Shown: piece after piece, positions 16,026-25,407 of the stretch | Numbering within the stretch: the stretch's first letter is position 1 | Layout of the letters: every line of letters starts with the position of its first letter | Virus record (IMG/VR): IMGVR_UViG_3300030107_005790 | Span: 1-51,623 of that record | DNA from: a virus | Lineage: Duplodnaviria; Caudoviricetes | DNA: 51,623 nt | Strand: one strand, 5' to 3' | Notes under the pieces: generated by a model | The model's database searches: none | Seen by the model: the letters and a program-made list of their open reading frames with translations, nothing else | What the model was told of the DNA's origin: nothing | Program-made: the position numbers and the translations under genes

Positions 16026-17423
16026 ATGGCAACATTAAGTCAAAGTAAGTACAATCCTTCTTTTGGCTCTGCTGTCCAGGGAATAAGTATTGATAATAAT
16101 AGACGACTTTTTAACTTCGGTGAAAGAGTTGCTGAACTTGCTCCCCAACAATCTCCGTTTTTTGTATATTTGTCAAAAGTAGCTAAGAAAGCTACTAATG
16201 ACCCAGTATTCAAAACGCTAGAGCAAAGACATCAGTGGCAAAGAAGGAATTTTGAAGTAGTAACTGCACGACTAAATCTAAATAAAGGCGCAGGTGTAGC
16301 ACTTGGGTCTAGTGGTGATTTAGTTATTAAATGTGGTTATAATACAAAAGGTGTAATAGAGGCTGACCAGCCTTGTAAATTTATACTTCCAGGTCAGACA
16401 TTGGCAGTTAAAACCACTGAAGGTGTAGTAATTCTTAGAATTGCTAGAGATACAGTTATTGGGGATGCTACTGCTGGTACTGATGGAGAAATAAAGCATG
16501 ATGCTGGGCAAACTACAATTGCAGGTGAAGACCTATTTGTAGTTGGTAAGGATATGACTGCTACTGAGGATATCCTTGCAGGTGCAAAAGGTCAAGTAAT
16601 AGGAAGTGCATGGGCTGAAGGCTCTACTGCTCCACTTGGTTGGGAAGATGCTTTATTCGATAGAGAAGGATATTGTCAGATTTTTAAGACTGCAATGAAT
16701 CTTTTCTCTGGAACAGCTATGGCTACAGAATATAGAGGTCTTTCAAATGAATACCAAAGAGTTTGGCAAGAAAAACTAATGGAACATAAGATGGATATTG
16801 AAAACGCTATGTTGTTTGGTAGAGGTGTTGCAGGTCACGGAACTGAAGGTGATACTGGAGCAACTGCTGAAACAGCAGGTACAGCTAGATTTACTCATGG
16901 TATAATTCCTTATACTGAGGTAAATGGGAAAACGTACAATATGTCTTATGCTTCATCTGGTTATGATGCCTTCTTAGATGCAATGGAGGATTATTTTGCA
17001 CCTGAGTCTGGTAATAGTGGTAATAAGCTTGTTCTAGCTTCTAGAAAGGTTATTACTTACTTGAATAAACTAGGTAATGGTTCATTCTTGAATAACTCTG
17101 TTGGTTCTAGCCAGTATAGACTTGATATTGATACTGTGCCTGGAGCTTTCGGCCATCAAGTAACTGTAGTAAATACTATCTTTGGTAATTTACATTTTGT
17201 TGCAGAGCCCCTTTTAAGAGGCCCTTGGGAAGACTATGCATGCATGGTTGACCTTAAAAATGTAGCTTATCGTCCACTAGTTGGTAATGGTGTGAGTCGA
17301 GACACTTTTATTGAAACCAACATTCAAAACAACGATGAAGATGGAAGAAGGGATTTAGTTATGACTGAAGCTGGTCTAGAAATCACTCTTCCTGAAACAC
17401 ATGCTGTTTTGAAATTCTCTTAA
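16026..17423 (+). CDS. Major capsid protein (HK97 fold, podovirus type)
   Basis: Position after the scaffold gene. SPFFVYL, YCQIFKT, EHKMDIENAMLFG, TIFGNLHFVAEPL and TEAGLEI...HA are typical of podoviral MCPs. Confidence 0.9.
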   Translation: MATLSQSKYNPSFGSAVQGISIDNNRRLFNFGERVAELAPQQSPFFVYLSKVAKKATNDPVFKTLEQRHQWQRRNFEVVTARLNLNKGAGVALGSSGDLVIKCGYNTKGVIEADQPCKFILPGQTLAVKTTEGVVILRIARDTVIGDATAGTDGEIKHDAGQTTIAGEDLFVVGKDMTATEDILAGAKGQVIGSAWAEGSTAPLGWEDALFDREGYCQIFKTAMNLFSGTAMATEYRGLSNEYQRVWQEKLMEHKMDIENAMLFGRGVAGHGTEGDTGATAETAGTARFTHGIIPYTEVNGKTYNMSYASSGYDAFLDAMEDYFAPESGNSGNKLVLASRKVITYLNKLGNGSFLNNSVGSSQYRLDIDTVPGAFGHQVTVVNTIFGNLHFVAEPLLRGPWEDYACMVDLKNVAYRPLVGNGVSRDTFIETNIQNNDEDGRRDLVMTEAGLEITLPETHAVLKFS

Positions 17424-17437
17424 GTAGGAGGTAGATT

Positions 17438-17896
17438 ATGTCTTGGATAAAGTTAAAAGATGGTGTTACTCCTGGATGGTATTCAGATTTGACCCATACT
17501 GCAGGCGGAACTGTAGATGTTGATAGTGCAGCTATTGACTTTCTGCCTTCAGGTACTACATTCACTGTAATGTATAACACTGAAGCAGTTGCGACTAATA
17601 GCCAAACAGCTGATGTAGATATATTAGTAGCAAGTTCTAATGATGGTACCTATACAGTTGCTAAGGCTGATTTGATAGCTAATGGTGCTGGCAGTGTTAT
17701 GACTGCAGCAGCTTATGTTCCGGGAACTACAGGAGCAGGTTCGAATGTTTATAAAGTTCGAATTGACCCTGATGGCGACCTGGATGGAGCTGTTGTAAGA
17801 ATAGCAATTGTGCCTACAATAGATGGAATGGCTAAGGTAGACGCAAGTGGTATGCCTCAATCCGATATTGGCGGTGTTGGTGCTGACCCATCATAG
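17438..17896 (+). CDS. Virion protein (capsid decoration-like, beta-rich)
   Basis: Follows the MCP with SD AGGAGG. A/G/T/D-rich, with an SNDGTY motif. Confidence 0.65.
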   Translation: MSWIKLKDGVTPGWYSDLTHTAGGTVDVDSAAIDFLPSGTTFTVMYNTEAVATNSQTADVDILVASSNDGTYTVAKADLIANGAGSVMTAAAYVPGTTGAGSNVYKVRIDPDGDLDGAVVRIAIVPTIDGMAKVDASGMPQSDIGGVGADPS

Positions 17897-17920
17897 TAAG
17901 TAACGTGTTTAATTGATGAC

Positions 17921-17940
17921 GAGGGGGAGTAATCCCCCTC
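17921..17940 (+). terminator. GC-rich hairpin after the capsid genes
   Basis: GAGGGGGA-GTAA-TCCCCCTC, 8-bp stem with a GNRA loop and a weak U-tract. Confidence 0.55.
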
Positions 17941-17966
17941 TGATTCACAAATTTAGGAGAAAAGAT

Positions 17967-18428
17967 ATGGCCGATAGATTAGGCTCAAAATGGAGTAGCT
18001 TAGCAGACCTTACAATAGCAAATGCTACAGTTGAAGCATATGCAAGTTCAGTTATTCCTGGAGAATCAACTTTAAATAATACTGTAGGGCATTGGTGTTA
18101 TTTTGCAATGGATGGAGGCACAGATGCTGATTATACATATGATTTTGACTGGCCTATACAAGGTGATTTTACTATTATAATAAACCCTACTCTTATTGAT
18201 ACTGATGCTGCTACAACTTTAAATGTAAGCGTCAAAGGTAGTGTAGATGGAACAAATTATGTTGATTTGCATGATAATATTATAAGTGCTGGAGCTATAG
18301 ATACAGCAGCACAAGTAGCTGTATATGACTTGGATGCAAAAGGAAAGTTACCACATATGCATTTAGAGCTTACAGCCGCAGCAAATGAATCTGATAGTAC
18401 GATTATAATAGGTGTTATTCCTCACTAA
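17967..18428 (+). CDS. Virion protein, beta-rich (true start probably 17967, MADRLGS)
   Basis: SD AGGAG before ATG 17967. The longer 17913 start runs through the hairpin. GSVDGTNY motif. Confidence 0.7.
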   Translation: MADRLGSKWSSLADLTIANATVEAYASSVIPGESTLNNTVGHWCYFAMDGGTDADYTYDFDWPIQGDFTIIINPTLIDTDAATTLNVSVKGSVDGTNYVDLHDNIISAGAIDTAAQVAVYDLDAKGKLPHMHLELTAAANESDSTIIIGVIPH

Positions 18429-19249
18429 TGGGACAATGGAAAAGATATAGATGCATTGCTCAAAGTATAACTGGTGAGCAAACTAGCGGTTCAACCTTAG
18501 CAGTAGACTTTCCTAAGCTAAGAGCTACAGGGGATGCTAATGAAGGTGCTACATATACTATAGTAATGACAGGAAATTCAGGTACTGACCATTTTCATTA
18601 TATAAAAAACGAAGGAAAAGGTAATGAAGAAACAGTATATGCAGGCGTTGGAACTACAGATAAATTTGTCCATGTAGTAAATGGGACTGATTTAGCAGGT
18701 AATCTTGTATATGCGTCTATAGATGAAGGTGTTGAAATAGCAATACCTAATAATACTTACACTACTGGTGATAAGTTTAAATTTACAATTCCAAAGCTAG
18801 AAAAGGTATATGATGGTGGTATACATGGATTTTGTCAGATGGCATTTGCTATTGGCTCTACACTTTATACAGACCCTATTCCTTATAAAATATCAGAAGT
18901 AGCTACTTTCGCTATCAATTCAAGATTCGTAAGATATACTGTGAACAGTAGTGATACTACTGGAAATTCAGGAACTTCTACTGATTTGCAATATACAGTT
19001 GATGGTACAAATTATACAGATGGATTCGAGTTAATCAATGATACAAATATGGGTGATGCAGTAGCTCCTTTAGACAGTGAAAATTGTACTGCTATTTTTG
19101 ACAAAAGTGATGCAACTGGAACAGCTCCAAAGGAAACTGGAGGTCAAGCTGTAAAATACAGGTTAAAATTTTCGTATGAAAATTTAGGGGGAGGAGAAAA
19201 GATTTTAGGTAGAAAACAATTTTTACATGTAGCAATTTATAATCATTAA
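18428..19249 (+). CDS. Virion protein, beta-rich
   Basis: TAATG coupling. YTVDGTNY motif shared with the upstream gene. Confidence 0.7.
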   Translation: MGQWKRYRCIAQSITGEQTSGSTLAVDFPKLRATGDANEGATYTIVMTGNSGTDHFHYIKNEGKGNEETVYAGVGTTDKFVHVVNGTDLAGNLVYASIDEGVEIAIPNNTYTTGDKFKFTIPKLEKVYDGGIHGFCQMAFAIGSTLYTDPIPYKISEVATFAINSRFVRYTVNSSDTTGNSGTSTDLQYTVDGTNYTDGFELINDTNMGDAVAPLDSENCTAIFDKSDATGTAPKETGGQAVKYRLKFSYENLGGGEKILGRKQFLHVAIYNH

Positions 19250-19261
19250 AAGAGGTAAATA

Positions 19262-19552
19262 ATGGCACAATCAAAAAAAACAAGAACAAATATAGATTTA
19301 ATACAGACAGCTAGTAAAATAGTTGATGCTATGTTCCCTGCAGGTGTTGGAGGTAGAGGACCAGGAGCTGGAAGTATGCCTGGTGGCGGAACTGAGAAAA
19401 AAGGAAAGCTACAAAAAATAAAAGGTAAAGCTAAGATGACGAAAGGTGCTAAGGCTGCTAAGGTGGGCAGTGTAACTAGAGGCGGAAGAAAGAAAAAAGG
19501 TGGCTCTGGTGGTATTACTAAGACTAGAGGTACTGCAAGAGCTTCTAGATAA
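19262..19552 (+). CDS. Small Lys/Gly-rich basic protein
   Basis: 96 aa, strongly basic, low complexity. SD GAGG. Confidence 0.7.
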   Translation: MAQSKKTRTNIDLIQTASKIVDAMFPAGVGGRGPGAGSMPGGGTEKKGKLQKIKGKAKMTKGAKAAKVGSVTRGGRKKKGGSGGITKTRGTARASR

Positions 19553-19653
19553 TGGCTAAAGTAGTATACTCAGGCAGTATAGGTAATCCATGGCATGGAG
19601 TTAAACCTAATACTAGAAGGAAGCTTAACACTCAAAAGAAGAAGGGTAAATAA
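19552..19653 (+). CDS. 33-aa basic peptide (not in ORF track)
   Basis: MAKVVYSGSIGNPWHGVKPNTRRKLNTQKKKGK, with TAATG overlaps at both ends. Confidence 0.65.
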   Translation: MAKVVYSGSIGNPWHGVKPNTRRKLNTQKKKGK

Positions 19654-21014
19654 TGGCATTAAGAGACAGAATAGAGTATTATACTGGAGATATAGATAGC
19701 TGGAATGGTCAAGTTTATTCTTCTGCAGAAGGTAATGCAGAAAGAGTTTTAGTTAATGGAGTTCAGTTTGTAATTGATTTAGTAGCTAAAGCTACTCCAG
19801 ATAAACTAGCATTATTTACAACAAGCACTTCTTCTGATTGGACTAGCTATAAATTTACCCTTGGTGGTGATTATTCAGACTATTTTACCAATGTATATTT
19901 AACACATTCTGATGGAAAGATATACGAATGTACCCCAATATCAGCAGATATGGCAAGGCAAGCTCTAGATGAAGATAGTTTGCATTATGCTCCTTCTGTT
20001 TCTCCTGTATATTATGTAAAGAATAGTCAGGTAAATGTATTGCCTGCACAAGGAACGCCAAGTATAGATGTTGCAAAGCCTGTCCAGACAAATGAATTTG
20101 ACATCACTTCAGATGGAGATATTCCAAGATTCCCTAAAAGTTATAGAGATATAGTAGTTTTATTTGCTGCTGGAAAGATAATAGGGTCTAAACTTGCCTA
20201 TTATCAGGATTATTATACAATAACAGAAACAGCATCTCATGCTTATACTGCATTAAATACAGCCAAAACAGAGCTATCAGAGACACAGGCTTTATGTGAT
20301 TCAATTAACACTCAAACAGGTAACGCAGTAACAGAAGTTGCAAAAGCTGTAGCTGAAGCTGGAGAAATGATAACGCAAACAGATAATAGTTCAGATTTTT
20401 CTACAGCTTTAACAGCTATGAATACAGCAGTTGATAAATTTAGAGCAGATTCTAGTGCCCCTGCTTTATTTGGAGATGCATCGCAATATACGACAGGAAC
20501 AGGGATTACAGGAGTCCAAGATGCTTTAACAAAAGCTGAAAATCTAATTGATGGAACTACAATGGGAGGAGAGACAGAAACAGAAAGTGTTCAGTATTGG
20601 TTAAATCAAGAAGATACTGAAATGGCTCAAGCAACTTTACAAGCTGCTCAAAGTGAAATAAGCAGAGCTCAAGGTCATATAGCGGAATGGAATGCAGCAG
20701 TAGGAGCTTTGCAGGCAGAAATTAATGGATTTGCTACAGAAGTTCAATCAAGAACAGCTCTTACAGGAGCTAAAAGCCAAACTGTTCAAGCCATACTCTC
20801 TGAGGTTCAGGGATATTTAAATGCAGCTCAAGGTTATTCATCTGAAATTCAAGCTAAAATTTCAATTTCTAATGGATATATAGCAGAATTTAATGCAAGA
20901 TTTACAAAAGACACAACTACTTATCAGTGGTTGGCAGGACAAAAACAATTAATCAATACAGAGCTTATGCAGGCTTTGGCAGCAAAAGGATTAGCAGGGG
21001 CACCTGCTCAATAG
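19653..21014 (+). CDS. Virion protein: head-tail adaptor-like N-terminus plus a long coiled coil
   Basis: SPVYYV...IPRFPKSYRDIVVLFAA resembles podoviral adaptor proteins. The C-terminal half is A/Q/E heptad-rich. Confidence 0.55.
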   Translation: MALRDRIEYYTGDIDSWNGQVYSSAEGNAERVLVNGVQFVIDLVAKATPDKLALFTTSTSSDWTSYKFTLGGDYSDYFTNVYLTHSDGKIYECTPISADMARQALDEDSLHYAPSVSPVYYVKNSQVNVLPAQGTPSIDVAKPVQTNEFDITSDGDIPRFPKSYRDIVVLFAAGKIIGSKLAYYQDYYTITETASHAYTALNTAKTELSETQALCDSINTQTGNAVTEVAKAVAEAGEMITQTDNSSDFSTALTAMNTAVDKFRADSSAPALFGDASQYTTGTGITGVQDALTKAENLIDGTTMGGETETESVQYWLNQEDTEMAQATLQAAQSEISRAQGHIAEWNAAVGALQAEINGFATEVQSRTALTGAKSQTVQAILSEVQGYLNAAQGYSSEIQAKISISNGYIAEFNARFTKDTTTYQWLAGQKQLINTELMQALAAKGLAGAPAQ

Positions 21015-21022
21015 GAGAATAA

Positions 21023-23353
21023 ATGGCAGATTTAGAAGGAAAAACAATAGCGAGTACGTATAAGAGTCTTTTAAATGTATCAGGCTCAGATAATGCTGTA
21101 TTACCTACAGGCTCTGTAGTGGCAATTGCAGATGGAACAGGCGTTAATTCAGCTTTATCATTAGGGACAGACAGAGCTACTATAGCTCTTGGCTCGGACT
21201 CTGGTGATGACTTTATAGTAGGTGGGACTAAACTGGTAGTGAGAGGCAATAATGGCTTTGTTGGAATAGGAACTTCTAGCCCAGATAGATTACTTCAAGT
21301 AGAAGCTAGTGGGTCTGCTGCTACAGCAATTTTATCCATAGCTACGCCAAATGATGGAGCGTCAAGAATAGAATTTTCAGAGGTAACTGGTCCAGACCTT
21401 GATGGTGGAAAAATTGAATATAGGCATGCAGCACATGCTACTACTGCTGATAGGGATAAAATGATGTTTCAAACAGCAGATTCTATAAAAATGGTTATAG
21501 GCTCTGCTGGAAATGTTGGTATAGGAACTACAGCTCCTGAAAATCTTTTATCTCTTTATTCTACTGGAAGCACTGCTTTAGAGATAAGAAGCGGGGCAAC
21601 AACAGATGCCCAAGACCCTCATTTGCTTTTTAGAAAAAGCGCAGGAGAAGGGGTGTCCGATTTAACTCTTGTTGGTGAAGATGACCATCTTGGAACAATA
21701 AGATTTGATGGGGCAGATGGTAATGAGTTTATTCAGTCTGCTGGAATAGAAGGTAGGATTGATGTAGATGGTAACACACCTGCTAATAATGTAATGCCAG
21801 GTAAATTATTATTTAATACAAATAATAATGGCGCTGGAGTTACTACTAAGATGGTAATAAAGTATGATGGGAAAGTTGGTATAGGAACTACATCTCCAGC
21901 ATCTTTATTGCATTTGTATGACACAGATGGCGGAGACCCTGACCTGACTATAGAGCATGTAGGTGCAGCGGACCAGGAAGGTGGAAATATTGTTTTTCAA
22001 CAAAGAGAAAGTAGTGGTTATATAAACGATGGGAAATCTATTGGTCAAATTATATTCCAATCTTATGACAATGATAGTGGGAGTGGTACCTATAGGTCTT
22101 CTGCAAAGATTAGGGCAACTGCTACGCATGGGCAAGAAGAAGACAAATTAAGCGCAAATCTGTCTTTTTGGGTTAACAACCACTCTCAAAATCCATTTCA
22201 AGCAATGACAATACAATACGATGGCAACGTTGGTATAGGAAGTACAAGTCCAAATGCTAAACTGCATATTGAAAATACCACTGAAGATGAAAAACCCCAA
22301 ATATATATAGTTAATAAATCTACTACAGCCGCACATGATGGTGGAGAGATAAGATTTTATAGAGAAGACCCTTCAGCTCATCTTGTTACGGATGGTTTAT
22401 CTTTGGGTGATATAAAATTTCTAGGTAAAGATGCCTCTGGTACTTCAATAATTGGAGGCTTAATTAGAGGTTATGTAGATGGAACTGATGCAACTACAAA
22501 TGACCTCCCTAGCGGATTGAAGTTTATGACTAATCCTGGAGGGACAAGTGTTAGCACTAGAATGACAATCGACAAGAGTGGCAACGTTGGTATAGGAACT
22601 ACAAGTCCATTGGCAAATCTACATGTATCTGGTGCTAGTATATCAGATACAAATCCAATGATGATGATAGAATGCACAGATGCAGATGCTGCTACTGGGC
22701 CTGATATCGCTTTATATAGAAATAGTACAAGTCCAGCTGATGATGACTATCTTGGAGCTCTTACTTTTATAGGAAGGAATGATGCTACAGGTGAGGCAGC
22801 TCATAATGTTGATTATTGCGATATATATGGAAGAATTAAAGATATGACCAATGGAACTGAAGATGCTACTCTTTATTTTAGAACTGTAGTTAATGGAACG
22901 CAAACTGATACTATGATGTTAAATGGTGGAAATGTTGGAATAGGAACTGCAGAACCAGGACAAGATTTAGATGTAGCAGGTATAGCTCAAGTAAACTCTA
23001 TAAATTGTGATACAAAAGTAGACATAGCTAATGGTACATTTACAAATACAAGTGTTGCTGGAGTTAGTATGTTAAGATGTGATACAAGTAGTGGACATTG
23101 CTACATTAAAGGGTTAGATGGAGGCGTGGAAGGACAAATGCTATATGTAGTGAAAACTTCTAGTGCTAATACATTGGTAATGTATAACAACTCAACAGAT
23201 GCTGCAAGTGGTGATAAATTGCTTTTAGCAGGATGTATTGCTGACGATAATTCTGATTATATCACAGTACCAGCAGGGTATGGCGGCTTTATATTTATAT
23301 ATCAAGGAAGCTATTGGAGGAATGTATCACACACAGGAGAAGTAACAGCTTAA
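21023..23353 (+). CDS. Tail fibre / spike with GxVGIGT repeats
   Basis: Six GxVGIG(T/S)xxP repeats spaced roughly 80-120 aa apart. Confidence 0.8.
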   Translation: MADLEGKTIASTYKSLLNVSGSDNAVLPTGSVVAIADGTGVNSALSLGTDRATIALGSDSGDDFIVGGTKLVVRGNNGFVGIGTSSPDRLLQVEASGSAATAILSIATPNDGASRIEFSEVTGPDLDGGKIEYRHAAHATTADRDKMMFQTADSIKMVIGSAGNVGIGTTAPENLLSLYSTGSTALEIRSGATTDAQDPHLLFRKSAGEGVSDLTLVGEDDHLGTIRFDGADGNEFIQSAGIEGRIDVDGNTPANNVMPGKLLFNTNNNGAGVTTKMVIKYDGKVGIGTTSPASLLHLYDTDGGDPDLTIEHVGAADQEGGNIVFQQRESSGYINDGKSIGQIIFQSYDNDSGSGTYRSSAKIRATATHGQEEDKLSANLSFWVNNHSQNPFQAMTIQYDGNVGIGSTSPNAKLHIENTTEDEKPQIYIVNKSTTAAHDGGEIRFYREDPSAHLVTDGLSLGDIKFLGKDASGTSIIGGLIRGYVDGTDATTNDLPSGLKFMTNPGGTSVSTRMTIDKSGNVGIGTTSPLANLHVSGASISDTNPMMMIECTDADAATGPDIALYRNSTSPADDDYLGALTFIGRNDATGEAAHNVDYCDIYGRIKDMTNGTEDATLYFRTVVNGTQTDTMMLNGGNVGIGTAEPGQDLDVAGIAQVNSINCDTKVDIANGTFTNTSVAGVSMLRCDTSSGHCYIKGLDGGVEGQMLYVVKTSSANTLVMYNNSTDAASGDKLLLAGCIADDNSDYITVPAGYGGFIFIYQGSYWRNVSHTGEVTA

Positions 23354-23363
23354 AGGAGAAAAT

Positions 23364-23633
23364 ATGGCATTATTTACAACAGAACAAGCAAATGCAATAG
23401 AAATAAAAGAGGCTATAAAAACTGTAAGAAATTCACAAAATTCCATACAGGTATGGTTTAATGATGGAGATGGATTGCGTTATAAGTACAATTTAGAAAA
23501 CTATACAGGAGCTGAGACTAAAGAGGCTATACTTGCTGCAGTAAAAAGTCAAATTGTTGCAGGAACTAATTCTGAAGGATTGGACACAGGCCTTAAAAAG
23601 AAAACTTTATTAGTATCTACTAAAATAGTATAA
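23364..23633 (+). CDS. Hypothetical protein (possible fibre chaperone)
   Basis: SD AAGGAG. Directly follows the fibre gene. Confidence 0.65.
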   Translation: MALFTTEQANAIEIKEAIKTVRNSQNSIQVWFNDGDGLRYKYNLENYTGAETKEAILAAVKSQIVAGTNSEGLDTGLKKKTLLVSTKIV

Positions 23634-23652
23634 GATAAAAGAGGAGTCAATA

Positions 23653-23892
23653 ATGGCAAAAGAAACAAAAGTAAAAGAGTATAAAGAAGAGGCTGAAAAG
23701 CTTAATCAGCCAACTAATGCAGATGCTTTAATTAACCTGAAAGAGCAACTTACTGGATATCAAAAGCAAGCTGCATATTATCATGAAATGGTACTCAAAG
23801 CACAAGGTGCTATTGAAGTATTAACTCAACTGGAGAAAGAGAATGAATCAGAAGGAAATGGTGGAACTGATTCAGCAGCACCATCCAACTAA
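23653..23892 (+). CDS. Small coiled-coil protein
   Basis: SD GAGGAG. KAQGAIEVL coiled-coil motif. Confidence 0.7.
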   Translation: MAKETKVKEYKEEAEKLNQPTNADALINLKEQLTGYQKQAAYYHEMVLKAQGAIEVLTQLEKENESEGNGGTDSAAPSN

Positions 23893-24544
23893 AGGTGTTG
23901 TTGAAATAAATAAAATGCTAAACAGGGCTTCTGACACATTTTGTGCAGAGTCTGAGATAGTAGAAACAACTCTTATCGAAAGTTCTGTTGCAGGGCAACG
24001 ATATTATACACTTGACGCTGATATTGTAAAGATTATCAGCGTTGAGTTTAATGATGTTGCTATTCCAAGAATGATTGGCAAACCTCTAATAGAGGATGAT
24101 GAAATAGCTACTTCTGATGCAAATGCATTGGCTGCACCTACTTCTAGTAGTAATAATAGATATTACTATATAGATAACGATAGGATTGCTATTATAGAAA
24201 AAGCTACTAATGCTATTACAAGGGATGATAAAACATCTAATTATCAAAGCTGTAGTGTTGCTGGTACAAAGAATATAAGAGTATATGCTATTGTATTAGC
24301 ACTTCCTTTTACAGAGACTAGCTTAGATACAGCCCCTTCTGGACCTTCAAGCGAAGTGCCAGTCCAATTTCATGAGGTAATTGTACATAAAGCTTTATCA
24401 GACCTTTATAAGACTCCTCCTACGATGAATATAGATTTAGCGATGTTCTTTGAGGGTGAGTATATGAAAGGCTTAAAAAGAGCTAAAAAATACTCAAAAA
24501 CACATAAACAAAGAGGAGGAGTAATAGCACCTCATGAGTTTTAA
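23843..24544 (+). CDS. Head-tail adaptor / tail tubular-like protein
   Basis: MLNRA...FC, SVAGQRYYTL and SEVPVQFHEVIVHKAL are typical of podoviral adaptor proteins. Confidence 0.7.
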   Translation: MNQKEMVELIQQHHPTKGVVEINKMLNRASDTFCAESEIVETTLIESSVAGQRYYTLDADIVKIISVEFNDVAIPRMIGKPLIEDDEIATSDANALAAPTSSSNNRYYYIDNDRIAIIEKATNAITRDDKTSNYQSCSVAGTKNIRVYAIVLALPFTETSLDTAPSGPSSEVPVQFHEVIVHKALSDLYKTPPTMNIDLAMFFEGEYMKGLKRAKKYSKTHKQRGGVIAPHEF

Positions 24545-24755
24545 TAGAGAGTATATAGGACCTGTTCAATGGCAACAATTAACTGCTCATAATTGGGATT
24601 CATTTAATGAGGCTTGGGACGATGGTGAGCCTTCAACTTTTAATAGAGAAACTATAATACTACCTGAATCTTGGGAAGCTCAAACAACTGGATTTTGGGA
24701 AGCAACTACAAACAACTGGGATTCTGAAACATATAAAGGATTTGTTAGAGAATAA
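24534..24755 (+). CDS. Small Trp-rich acidic protein with an internal duplication
   Basis: Two FNRE...W..W..WD units and a C-terminal FVRE. SD GAGGAG. Confidence 0.65.
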   Translation: MSFNREYIGPVQWQQLTAHNWDSFNEAWDDGEPSTFNRETIILPESWEAQTTGFWEATTNNWDSETYKGFVRE

Positions 24756-24763
24756 GGAGAAAA

Positions 24764-24910
24764 ATGGAAGATACTTTAAAAACAGCAACAGTTGGAATAT
24801 CAGGTTCAATGGTTACTTGGATGGAAGTTCTTCCTCCTTTCTTTAGCGCGTTAGGTGCTATTGCTACTGTGATATATATGGGTATAAAGATTTACAAAGA
24901 ATTAAAATAA
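24764..24910 (+). CDS. Holin-like two-TM peptide (48 aa, not in ORF track)
   Basis: MEDTLKTATVGISGSMVTWMEVLPPFFSALGAIATVIYMGIKIYKELK. SD AAGGAG and a basic C-terminus. Confidence 0.6.
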   Translation: MEDTLKTATVGISGSMVTWMEVLPPFFSALGAIATVIYMGIKIYKELK

Positions 24911-24926
24911 TAACAGGAGAAAATCA

Positions 24927-25076
24927 ATGGGAATGATTGTAGGATGGGTTACAAAGACTATACTAACTGAAAAGATGATGAAGAGCGTTTTAATTATGCT
25001 TGGAGACTATTTGGTTGCTAGTTCTAAAAATAAACTTGATGACAAGATATGGGATAAAGTAAAAAAGACACTTTAA
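24927..25076 (+). CDS. Small amphipathic protein (49 aa, not in ORF track)
   Basis: MGMIVGWVTKTILTEK...YLVASSKNKLDDKIWDKVKKTL. SD AGGAG. Confidence 0.65.
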   Translation: MGMIVGWVTKTILTEKMMKSVLIMLGDYLVASSKNKLDDKIWDKVKKTL

Positions 25077-25084
25077 GGGGGAGC

Positions 25085-25399
25085 ATGCCACAAAGATTCG
25101 TAGTATTACAAGACCTAATAAATACAGATAAAGACTCATTAATTGAAGGGCTGGGAATTTATGGGACTAAATACTACACGAAGAAACCAAAGGAATGTCA
25201 TGTTTGTGGCAGCGATGACATAAATAAAATCGAAGTCCTAGGAGCTTCTAGTAAACCATTGTTATGGACATGTGATGAATGTGGAGAGTTTTACTTAATG
25301 CGTTCTCCCGTGTATACTGAAGTTCTGCTAAATAAAGCTAAATGCTTATATACAAACCCTAGAGATTGGATAGGGCTTGACAGAGGGCTTAAAAATTAA
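25085..25399 (+). CDS. Zn-ribbon protein
   Basis: CHVC...WTCDEC. SD GGGGAG. Confidence 0.75.
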   Translation: MPQRFVVLQDLINTDKDSLIEGLGIYGTKYYTKKPKECHVCGSDDINKIEVLGASSKPLLWTCDECGEFYLMRSPVYTEVLLNKAKCLYTNPRDWIGLDRGLKN

Positions 25400-25407
25400 G
25401 AGGTTAA

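Noticed and set aside
17410-17440. Programmed frameshift or read-through extending the major capsid protein
   Set aside because: No clear slippery heptamer at the MCP end, and the next gene has its own strong SD (AGGAGG).
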